DNA from: Tubiluchus corallicola
Lineage: Eukaryota; Animalia; Priapulida
DNA: 64,000 nucleotides
NCBI GenBank assembly: GCA_030141605.1
Contig: JAQGDQ010000043.1
Span: 682,001 to 746,000 of the forward strand
Direction of reading: 5' to 3'
The notes under the pieces: generated by a model
The model's input: the letters and a program-made list of their open reading frames with translations, nothing else
What the model was told of the DNA's origin: nothing
Databases searched by the model: none
Shown here: positions 12,490-24,017 of the stretch, piece by piece
Layout: each line of letters opens with the position of its first letter
How positions within the stretch are numbered: position 1 is the first letter of the stretch
Position numbers and translations under genes: made by a program

Positions 12490-15400
12490 ATGTCAACGAT
12501 ATTAGAAAAAATTGCGGCCATCGAAGCTGAGGTATGCACTTTCGTAGTTTTGTGTACATGTAATTTTGAATTTAAGCAAGGTGACAGTCCTTGACATGTA
12601 GTGTTGCATTTATTATCTGATTCGTTATGCCTTTTTAATCAGTTGCTATTAGTTTACCATTGCTTTGATGGTAAATATTAAATAATTCATTTTTATATAT
12701 TGCTTATGACCCTTATGTTTACTGCAGATTTTGTTCATTTTTTATGTAAAGACTTGTGTATATATATATATACTATATATACTGTTCATTTCGAATTATT
12801 GTAAATAACTTATTGTAAACTCGTTATAACAACATTGAGTAAGCCTTAGCGTAATGTTAAAATAACAACACTGCTTAAGACAAATGCATCCAGTGCTGAC
12901 TAACAAAATTAAAGTGCGAAACTAAGGTCTAATTATTTACAATAACAATACATATTTACAAACACGATATTAAAACATATTTACAAAACAATACTACATA
13001 TTTGATTTGCCCTCTGTTCTTCCTCATCTACATTAACGACTTGCCTCTTTGTTCTAACTTAAACACTCGATTCTTCGCCGATGACACATGTTTCTTTCTA
13101 TCAGACACCAATTTACAGTCTCTCCAAAATTGAACTAATTCTGAATTACTAAAAGTCAATAATTGGATGTTAGCCAACAGCTTGTCAGTAAATTTAGCAA
13201 AAACCAAGTACATGTTAATTGGAAGGAGATCACAAAATGAGAAATTGGGGTTTAATTTAAAAATAGGTAACCATGATTTAGTTCAAACCAACTGCATTAA
13301 GTACCTTGGCCTTCAAATTGATAGTAATATAAAATGGAAAACTCATATTAATACTATAACAACAAAACTAAGTAAGACTGCAGGTGTATTTGCAAAACTA
13401 CGTCACTTTATTAATATGCCAATCCTCATAATGATATATTATGCTTTAGTGTACCCATACCTACAGTACTGTGTGCTATGCTGGGGAAAAACTAAGCAAT
13501 ATATACTACAACCACTTACCACCTTACAAAACAAAATTGTTAAATTAATTACATTCTCTCATTACAAAGCACATGCTACACGTATAAACTTCGTATAAAC
13601 AGTTAGATATACTAAAAGTTTGCGATATATACAGTTTGGAACTCTTTAAGTTTATGTGCAAGTACAAAACAGGCAATATATAAGAACTATTTTTTAAAAA
13701 TAAACGAAGTCCATTCATATTCCACGAGATCCTCAGAAAAAGGTTTCTACTTTCAAAATAGGTACAAGACTCAATATGGCTTGAATTTTCTACACCATAA
13801 TGGTGTCAAACTTTCTAATAGTCTCCCTCATGAAATCTTAGCTTGCCAAACATTGCACACTGCAGTTAAAAAATTTCGCCTCTATTTAATCGGCAACTAT
13901 TCAGTTAATTAATGGATTTAGGAAAAAAAAAATTCAAATCTTAGTTTCGAATTTATCTCTTAGTTATCTTTCGGTTCGACATCTATTTCACTGAATATTC
14001 ACATAGTTTAAAAAAAGATTCAGCATTATCCTTATTGTTTATCGCTGACCTACTTTAATTATTTTTACTGGAGTTATATTTTGTTCAATGTATTTGTAAT
14101 TTGCGTAACTTCGATATTGCTTTAGTTTTTTTTGTTTTTATATTGTTTCTTATGTCGGTTTGAGTTCTTGATTTATATCTAATTATTAGTTTTGTTTTTG
14201 ATGAGTTTAAATTTTCCGTTTTGTTTGCTAATTTAAATCTTGCCTCTTCTCATAGCCAAACTTATTTACTGTCTCTAAATTTAAACTTATTTGAACTTGT
14301 TGCCTCATTTATTGTTATTTATTTTTATTTATTTTGTTAAGTTGCTTATTATTTTCATTTGTACATACCTCACTTGACAGGTCATTTAATTTTCTTTAGT
14401 TTGGATAGGGGTGGTTGACTTGGTGACCCTTGGTCTTTTCGCCACCCCGTCTCTTTTCCGTCTTTATTTTAGTTTTTACCTTTTGTTTTTGCTTATTATG
14501 TAAAATTCAGAGACAAATAAATTTTTTACTTACTTACTTACTTACTACAAATGTACATTAAATTTTACATGACATTTATATTGTGTATACATTTGACATG
14601 ACACAATTAACAAAACATGCTTTACATTACATAAATTTTGTATTCTTGATCATTTTATATAGATCAGGGTAGGTATAATTGAAAGTTGAGTCTGTGTAAT
14701 TAGTGTCAGATGAATAATATTGAATTTGGTTTTACATTGCAGAATCACAAATTATTCGCAGATTGTCTAAAAAGGAAAATCACTTCTGGTTAAGTCATTT
14801 CAAACATCTTTAACAAATGATATGAAAAAGTAAGGCTTTAAGCCCGTGTAAGCTCTCTAGCTTTCTTACATGTCAATCTTTTAATTTTTAAATAATCACA
14901 TTTGCCATAATTATCATTATATTTACATTTAATGAACTGCAGATTGTAACCTAATGTTAACTGCACTGAGTATTCTGCATTTCTATCAAAAAAGTTCCCA
15001 AGCATATTACTGCTATTAACATATGACATAAATAATTTTACGAATCTGATTTCAATTTGGGTATTCAGACAAAGCACACTTGGTAAATGAGGTAACAAAA
15101 ACCTATGAGTTTGGTATGGTAAATGCCAAAATTTACATACGCCTATGTTCTAGGAAGTATCAAGGTTATTAATAAGAGTGTTGTCAAGCTTCCTTATTTG
15201 CGAGCCATAAACGCTATGACGGTACAATTGAGATATTTTAGTCTTAATACAACTATTAAGAAACAAGAACTCACACAACACTGTTTACCCGACAAATGAA
15301 ATCTCCACATTTAAGTAGAATTTCAGCAATATCCGACAGATTAAATGTAAGATAGAGCACGTTGTCACAAAAAGACATCGGTGTGTTATTACTGTGGGGT

Positions 15401-18400
15401 GTATGTTCCAGAGAACATTCCTATGAGAATAGAAAATTATACATTTGCTCTTTACTTTGTGACAACTTATGTTTATGAAATCAGTATCATAATTTCTGGC
15501 ATACTCTTCACAATTTTTTGACATGGCCTGGAGAGCCTGTATATTCGAAGCCAACAGACTAAAGTCGTCAGCATATGCGATATTGCTACAGTACCTGCTA
15601 CCCACCATACATCCATTTTTAGAATCCCACAGTTTAGATAATAGTCCATCTAAGTACACTCCAAATAAAATGGGGGATAAAGGTGTCTTGGACTCGTGGC
15701 ACTCCAGTTATCAGTGCATCTTTATTAGTTCCAATCATGTTCTTTTCCTTCTCTGCTCCACTTTCTTCTGATGGTACTTCGGGACCTTAAATTTGGCTGT
15801 GGCAGAACCAGCACTCTCCTTTTTTCGTTAAAGAACTGATAAAAATGATCTCCACTTGTCAGTATTTTGGTTCTCCTCTTCTGCACACTCACTGTTTGAT
15901 GTAGTCACACTTTTCACCTTTGCTTGACGATTCTCGATCGCCGACGAATTATTTGTCTCAGCATCATTTTCTATAGTCCTCATCGTAACAATTGCCTTTC
16001 TATTCTATTTTTCAGACATGCTCCTCTGACCTTAGCAGGTTCATGTTCAACTTTTGACTAGGCGGTCTTCTACAGCACACATATTCACTTCCTTGGAACA
16101 TATTTTGGCAATTGGTCTAAGTTTTTCGCCACAAACTGAAATAATGCACGATCGTCACTTGTGTCTAGATATTTCATGGTATCAAATATGTCGCAAAAAT
16201 CTGCTTTATGTGCTGATCTAACTGCAGTTGAACGTCTATTTGGTATTGTAGGCAAGACTTGATGCACTCATCCCATAAATCACATTTAGCTTTACTGATC
16301 TTATTTATTAAGTAAAAGCTTAGTAAGACTGTTTTAATGCATCATTAGAAATAAATTGTGCATGGTGAAAGCAGTATGCAAGCACCTCATTACTTTGTGA
16401 TAATGTACGTTATCAGGCGCATCGTCAAAAAAGTCGCTGGTCATTCTCCTCTTTGACAAAAGCCTCCGTTATTTGTTACAGGCACCTTTTCTCGGCAGGA
16501 TAACGAGGTTGTTGCCCTACTGACTACTGTTCCTACAACTCTTCACAGACCATTCAGAAATACTGAATATTAGAGTATTTTTCAATTTTTTAAATCTGAC
16601 TTCAAGATTTACCTTCAATCATTTGCAGCTGTCAAGTTCTGCATTCCTTTATGGTTATACTTATATAACTGCTAGTGTCGCAATTGATAAATACCTTAAA
16701 TTACAAGAAATTTGCACAAAACACATACATACAAGAAAACACATACATACACAATATAAACATAAGTTCTAATTAACTGCAATTTTTCAATAATTCAGAT
16801 GGCAAGGACTCAAAAGAATAAGGCTACTGCAGGTCATCTGGGATTACTAAAGGCACGTTTGGCAAAACTACGCCGAGAATTGATTGCTCCCAAAGGTGGA
16901 GGTGGAGGTTCAGGAGAAGGGTTTGATGTTGCTAAAACAGGAGATGCACGGATTGGATTTGTTGGTATGCTGAAAATTGAAGCTTGTTTGTAGAAATCAG
17001 TTGAATCACAAAATTATGATTGTGGGTGTGCATTCTAATTGACACATTATGGGTTAGTTGTACTAACTGGGCTTTATGAATTTATTAATAACAATAATTG
17101 TTATTATTATTAATTTTTGTAATTTTTAAGGGTGAGTTTAGAAATCGGGATAAAGAGCTGACCAGTATACAGTTGTGGCCAGAGTTGTTATTGCAATGCG
17201 GGCAGTGTTACTTTGTTTGAAAAAGAATTTCAAAAGCCCTTTTTGTACGTTCTCAAGCAGTCAAAGGTCAGCTCCTTGATCTTACAAGTTTTCTTGCTTT
17301 GAATTCTAGTTGTGTATCAGTCAAGCTAGGGTTGCTTTTTTTTATACAAATTGTCTGAGACAGACCCAGCAAGCTAAAATCCAGTATTTGACAATTGTAT
17401 TAAAGTCAATGTAGATGGTTTTGGCAAGACCAGAATTGGCTGATTGCCAAGCATGGGTTTCTAAGATAAGACACTGAACTAGCAGTTGTGTCTTTGTCGC
17501 ATTCAGGTATTGCACAATGTTGTATTGTGTAATAATTTCAGGCTTTCCTTCAGTTGGTAAATCAACATTGTTAAGTAATCTTGCTGGTGTATACAGTGAA
17601 GTTGCTGCTTACGAGTTCACCACTCTCACAACAGTGCCAGGAGTAATAAAATATAAAGGTGCTAAAGTACAAGTAAGTTTTTTATTGTTTTGGATGAAAA
17701 TGTGTTGTGAACTCAACAGCATTGAACAACTCGTTGTGTTTTTTTTACTTGAGAGGACTAATTTTTAATTTCACTTGACTTGAATGTTGCTACAGGTGTT
17801 TGTCAAACAAACATTGGTGACTTAGTTCTGAAATCAATTTAGTGTTGAAAAATGTTTTACATTTGGCTGAGCAAACCCGCGTTTGTGCTTAGTGCTTACA
17901 ATGCGTGCTTTCCCTAAAGCAAAGAATGACATTCTGTTCCAATTTGACATTATTTCCACTTTAATGACATGGTAATTTGTTTGCAGTTACTTGATTTACC
18001 AGGGATCATTGAAGGTGCAAAGGATGGTAAAGGTAGAGGAAGACAAGTCATAGCAGTTGCAAGGACATGCAGTCTGATATTTATAGTGCTAGATGTACTT
18101 AAACCTTTAGGTAATTGTAGGTCATTTTGTTCACAATTGACAGGAGTAAATACCAGATAGTTGATTATCCAGCAACATATGTTGTAAGTCTTCTTATTTC
18201 ATCGAAAATCTCTTCAGTGACGACTAAAATTAGTCACAGTTCCTGGAGTTTGACAATCTATATTCCTTTGCAATAATGCAATATATTAAGCAGCGAGTTA
18301 ACATAATCCGGGTAGCTCATACTTTCCAAAAGAATTTTTGTAATGATTTAATAAAATTGATCCATACAGAAGATACAGTCAAAGTCATTATTGGTAGTGA

Positions 18401-21400
18401 CATATTTTTGAGTACGTCTTGTCAATGAGTTGAAGTTACAATTATTTTCAATTTGAGTAGTAAGTACATGACATCACATCACTTGTATTTGTGATTACTA
18501 AATTCTTTTTGATAAATGTAGGTCATAAAAAACTTATAGAAAAAGAATTAGAAGGATTTGGCATTCGGTTAAATAAGCGACCACCAAACATCACATTTCG
18601 GAAGAAGGATAAGGGAGGTGTAAATTTAACATCCTTGGTAAGCAAGACTTTTCTAATGCTTTGTTACATATAGTTCTTCCAGTAAAAGCACTCATAATTT
18701 GTACTAGTTATTTAAAAACTGGATTTCAGTTTTACGAAGAGCACGTAAGCTTATTTTAGTTTGTTTTACTTATATGTTGTGCATCCAGAAACTGTTATTT
18801 AATTGCAATTACCGTATTTTCCCATGTATAAGAGACCCTTGTGTATAAGAGACCCCTTCAATTTTTAGGCAAATATTCTGGAAAAAAGTTTTTTGGTAAT
18901 GAATAACTTTATTCATCATAGAAACCAGTTAATGTGTTGTAGAAAAAGAGTACTGGTATATATTAAAGTGCGTACCTGCAAACCTGTAACAGGAAGAGAA
19001 AACGAGGAGATAATGCCTGTGTCACGATGCTTGTATTGCTTACAACCGCTTCATAGTCGAACGCGGCACGCCTTGCTTAGGCTGACTCATCTGGTTGACC
19101 TCTGCCGACGTATCAATGACATCGACGGGCATGCAGAGAGCTTATGCAGATGCGTTGATTGGCTGCAGAACAATCGATTTCTCTCCAATACCAAAGAGAC
19201 ATTTAAAAAAATAATAACTTACCCGGTACATTAATTTTATCATTAGAATTTAGCCATGGAGAAGATTTATTGAAAGGAAACTATAATTATTCGAAATAAA
19301 ACAGTTGTAGAGCACTTATTTCTTTAAAATCATTAGTGTCACAATTTATGCATCTTATTGAAAAGACTTACTCCCATGTATAAGAGACCCCCTATTTTTA
19401 AAGTGAAAATTCTGAGCAAAAAAGGGTCTCTTATACGCGGGAAAATATGGTATTTATTATACAACAGGTCACCCAGTCGGAACTCGATCTTGATATGGTT
19501 AAAACAATTCTTGGTGAATACAAAATTCATAACGCGGACATAACACTCAGGTATTGTAAACATTTTTTTTATCAAAAACTGCCACTTTTTTGTAAAGAGA
19601 TTTGAATTTGAAATGACAATATGAAATGACGGTTGCTAGACTACAGTCAAACTTCATTATACCACCCCCGTTGTACTGCCAAATTCATTTACCGTCTGCA
19701 ACATGGTCGGGAATGAAATGGCAATTTTCAAATTGTTTATTTTTAATGAAGCATTACGGTCTTTAAACATTAATCATTAAGGATACTTAAATTCAAAAAC
19801 ATTGTAACACATTCATTTTTCTAAGGTAAGCCACTCCATCAAACTTGAGGTTCTATACTCAAAACCTCCTTGTGTTTTTGTATTAGAATTCTTTATCAGC
19901 AATTTTGCATCACAGCAGATAAAAGCGAAAAAACAAAATATTGTACTTATTTTAACTTTTTTTACAGTTTTAATAATAGTTGGTTTTGCAAAAATGTTTC
20001 GGTTCAGTATCGGTTTCCTGTGTTTCATAAATTTCGGTTTTAGTTTGTAAATTCAGTTTCGGTAACATCCCTGATTAGCGTGAGCGGCTTCTCGATATAA
20101 TGCTAGCTGTACATCAGTACGAGGCTGCTACACGCTCTGCTGAGTCTCTGACACTGACCAGATGTCACGTTTTGTGTAAAATAATGCATGTTATCATGTT
20201 TCGATTGTTAGCAAGCTGTACTGTACATTTCACAATCACAATAATATTATTGTCAATACCGTGCAGTTATTGTATCAACTGAAAAGAAAACACTTTTTTC
20301 ACCAACAAGATGCATGATATTTGTTTGTTTTCTAAGATTCATTCAAGCTAATTGTGGCAAGAAATTTGTAGTTATGACATAACCTTTTTACACATGTATG
20401 TTTAGTCGTGTAGTAGGTCTAAGGTACTCAGTCTGTTACATAGTTAAGTATACGTTTATAATGGAAACAAAAAGTTCTTAACAAAGATAACTGATTTCGA
20501 GAGTCATTAATTAACAAATGATTAATTTAATAATTTTCTTTTAACTAATTAACATTTAGAATATAAATTGAGGATTCTAATTTGTGTACACTTGTTTGAT
20601 TGCTTTGTGATTCATCTATGACAAAATTTAACACACCCTTTATAACACCACATGCTATATTGCCAACTTTTTCTGGTCCCAATGTGAGCAGCATAAAGAG
20701 GTTTGACGATACTACGATAAAAAGTGCACGTCATCAGTATGTTAACATAGATTAAAATTGAATTAAAGCAAATAAATGAAATTTTGTAACATTTTGCTAA
20801 TGAATTCTTACGACTCTTGGGCTAATTTTAGTTATGCAGCAGCATCTATATTATTAATACGATTTCGACTTTTTAATAGGTACGATGCAACTCCAGATGA
20901 TCTTATTGATGTTGTCGAGGGCAACCGGGTCTACATCCCCTGTATTTACATACTGAACAAAATTGACCAAATTTCAATTGAGGTGCTTGTAACAATAATA
21001 TCAAAATCATGTGTCAGTTTATTTCTTTTTTTGTTCCATAATTTTTTATCTAAATATTGGTTCCGTGCTGTGTCAGAAAGGAAATGGTTTTATTATTGAC
21101 TTTTTTATAGTGAAAAAGTTTAATGCTGCTATTGTCTAATATAATTGTTGTGCTTATTATATCTAATCATACCCAGACTATTCAAATTATTAGCACTTGT
21201 AAAATCTGGGAGTTTAGTACCTTGTGAAGTTAAATAATTTGTAGTTTCATGTATCTTTCAATTTCTGATTTATTGCTAATTTCAGTCTAATTTATTGTTG
21301 TTTTATTAGTACACATTAAGTCCTCGCTTAACGACCCCACTTACTTAACTCAGATCACAGTAGCACTACTAAACTGACAGCAGACAATCAGCTACAGCTA

Positions 21401-23509
21401 TAGGCAGACCAGGATGATTCACTGATTTCCCACCCACAAACACAAGACTAGTAATATTTCTTAAGTGTCATGGCCAGTGCTAAACAAAACAGAACAATGT
21501 TAGAGACAAAACTGGACATTTTGAACCGTTTTAATGCTGGTGAAAGATTAGTAAAGCTCTAAATCTAGTGAAGAGTGATGAAGCGAAAGCAATGCAATGC
21601 TATAAAGAAGTGTCAGCAGAAAAAAGAAAAAAATCAAAACAACCTACAATGGATTATTTTTATAAAAAAATGAAAGAAAAGGAGGAAGAGGAAAAAATGA
21701 CTGAAGGAGAGAAGGCTACTTTTCAGATTTAAATTTTACCAGTAATATTTTGTTTACACAGTACACTGTAGCATATTAATTAAAGAAACACTGTAGAACT
21801 CTAAGCAATAACCAAATAAAGTATTTAATTTATAAGCCAAACGCCATTGATTTTGCTCTTGCAAGATAACTCGGTGGTTTTTGCCTCGCTGCAAGCAACT
21901 GAACATTTTTATGTGCCAAGCACTACTGATTTTTGCTCCTGGAATGGAACTGAATGCTTCTACGTTGTTTCTTATGGAAAAGCGACATTTTGCTGGAACG
22001 CATTAGAGTCGTTGAGTGAGGACTTAATGTATGATCATATTGTTTGAGCATAAATGCGTTATGCAGTACTATAACGACTATTTTAATTCAAAAAAACTGT
22101 TATTTTTGCATTTTTGTTTTTACATGTCCTGAATTGCATCGATGTGATTTTTCAGGAACTGGATATAATTTACAAGATTCCACACTGTGTGCCGACCTCT
22201 GCTCACCACAAATGGAATTTTGACGATTTGTTAGAAAAAATGTGGCTGTACCTCAATTTAATACGAATGTAAGTACAGCTTCTTGTCAGAAAATGTCAAA
22301 AAGCTTCTTGTCAAAAAATTTTTTTCTTAGTAGTTCGCTTTTTGCTCTTTATGTTAGACCGTTGATTTGGAAGCTCCCGAAGACTCACAAAAACCGGTTA
22401 GAACTTATCAACAATGCCAAACTTGCAGCAGACGGTAACAATGTATGAGATAATTGTGCCTGAGAAAAAGAAAGTCTGTTGTTTAGAAAATATGATTTGT
22501 GTATGATACAATATGCTTATGTGCCGTTAAAGAATCCAACTGATTGCATTTGGGGCTTCGAAGTGTCTGTTATTCACGGGGGGGGGGGGGGGGGGTGTTG
22601 TCAAGTGTAAACAAATGCATTGCTTTGTTCAGAAAACGTTGTTGGGTTCACTTAACCTTTGATCTTTTCACTATCAGCATTAATCGCAGGAACTGTGAAA
22701 AGACTTATTCTTCTGCGGTAATTACCAGTTTTGTGAAGCTTGTTTGTCAGATCTGAAAAATGAAATGTTTTTCTGGCACTCGAAACTTATCTTAGCAGGT
22801 GTTTTGGAGAGACATTGTACCTGTTAAGGTCAGTTTTAGCCCCTTCAGTGGCCAGGTGAAAGTATCAAGTTCAATGTAGATGAACTCGAGTGGATGTGCT
22901 GTTACTTTAAATCGTATTTGCATCGTAAAAAAATATTCTTTTTACAGTTATACAAAGCCAAAGGGCCAGCTCCCTGATTATAATGCTCCTGTGGTACTAC
23001 AAAGCTTCAATAACTCGATAGAAGACTTTTGTAATCGGCTACACAGGAATATCATTAAAGAATTCAAATAGTAGGTCAATTTAACTGCTATTAAAAAAAC
23101 TCAAGACAGCCTCTTGTTAATTAAACAATTAGTTATTTTGTTTCTCTTTGGAATATTTCTACAAAGGCAGTGTTACCATTGTATATTTTTTCCAGAATTT
23201 CATTATTTTACAGTGCTTTTTGGGTTTAAATATTTACATCCTTTTATTCTTCATGAAGAGGAATTAAGTGTAACTAACAACAAATTATATCAAATATACA
23301 GTTCTGAAATTATCCAAGATATTAAAATGAGATACCTCATAGTAGGTGCAATATAAGTCTGCACATTACATAAAAAGTCAAAGTTTTTTGTTTCATTCTA
23401 TTTTAGTGCTTTAGTTTGGGGTTCATCAGTGAAGCATAACCCACAAAAGTGTGGCCGTGAACATCTACTCAATGACGAAGACGTCGTGCAAATTGTTAAG
23501 AAGACTTGA
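12490..23509 (+). CDS. DRG1: Developmentally regulated GTP-binding protein 1 (OBG-family GTPase with TGS domain)
   Basis: Exons 12490-12531, 16799-16964, 17542-17672, 17987-18110, 18522-18637, 19468-19550, 20880-20982, 22156-22268, 22948-23070, 23407-23509, all GT-AG and in frame. Motifs: [32 protein letters not shown] (G1), YEFTT (G2), DLPG (G3), NKID (G4), C-terminal [14 protein letters not shown]...[10 protein letters not shown]. The residues [15 protein letters not shown] and KTGDARIG favour DRG1 over DRG2. Confidence 0.96.
13120..14548 (+). mobile_element. 5'-truncated L2/CR1-group LINE in DRG1 intron 1
   Basis: ORF 13167-13598 ([17 protein letters not shown]...IKYLGLQID...W...[12 protein letters not shown]) matches the post-RT region of this group; the 3' UTR ends in AATAAA and a (TACT)n tail at ~14516-14547. 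Confidence 0.85.
14550..16550 (-). mobile_element. Decayed, internally deleted LINE (ORF1 remnant joined to RT remnant)
   Basis: RT: [14 protein letters not shown]...[11 protein letters not shown] (15285-15690). ORF1-like remnant [10 protein letters not shown]...[12 protein letters not shown] (16085-16267). No endonuclease region was recognised between them. Confidence 0.7.
18812..19450. mobile_element. pogo-type MITE (Zaphod/Tigger-like termini)
   Basis: TA|CCGTATTTTCCCATGTATAAGAGACCC ... GGGTCTCTTATACGCGGGAAAATATGG|TA, with internal repeats of TATAAGAGACCC. Confidence 0.85.
19643..20709. mobile_element. Degenerate Tigger-like non-autonomous element with a nested hAT-like end
   Basis: Termini CAGTCAAACTTC ... 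GAGGTTTGACGA. Internal TTCGGT repeats ending in AACATCCCTG (~19995-20073) resemble a hAT terminus. Confidence 0.5.
21314..22029 (+). mobile_element. Internally deleted Tigger (pogo) transposon
   Basis: 22-bp TIRs CATTAAGTCCTCGCTTAACGAC / GTCGTTGAGTGAGGACTTAATG. Retains a transposase N-terminus ([23 protein letters not shown]/psq-type HTH) and C-terminus ([24 protein letters not shown]). Confidence 0.8.
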
Positions 23510-24017
23510 CACTTTCTTCAATCTTTATGTTGTGTTAGCAGTAATTGGCAGCGGGAAACAAATAAATTACAGAACTTTTACTAAGTTGGTTTCATAAGCA
23601 ATTTTATTAAAAATGGGAAACAGCAAGTATGATATATTTCATAATATTCAAGTTAGAAATTAATTTGGCATCAATTTCTATATTGTTTGGCACAATGTCT
23701 ACATTTCATCATACATTCTGAAATACAATATAATTTATACAATAAATCCATAATTAACTGGCTACATTTTTGCTTCTTTTCAATTTGCAAAAAACTATTA
23801 AATTAATTCTGAATGGACAGCCCATACAAATCTAATAGATGTACCACTGATTAGTATATATGGCTGTCTCAAACAAGGTGAGAAAAAAATGGGGTGGACA
23901 TGCTTCTACTAACACTGCTGGTATCGGTCTGTTTGATTTTAAAACAGATGGTACTTGATAAATGTCATGTGTAGCTTGTCTGAAACTAGCCAGCAATTGA
24001 GCATGGAATGTTCTTGT

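Noticed and set aside
23250-23310. Intronic C/D-box snoRNA in DRG1 intron 9
   Set aside because: The C box is imperfect (ATGAAGA), and there is no terminal stem or recognisable guide.
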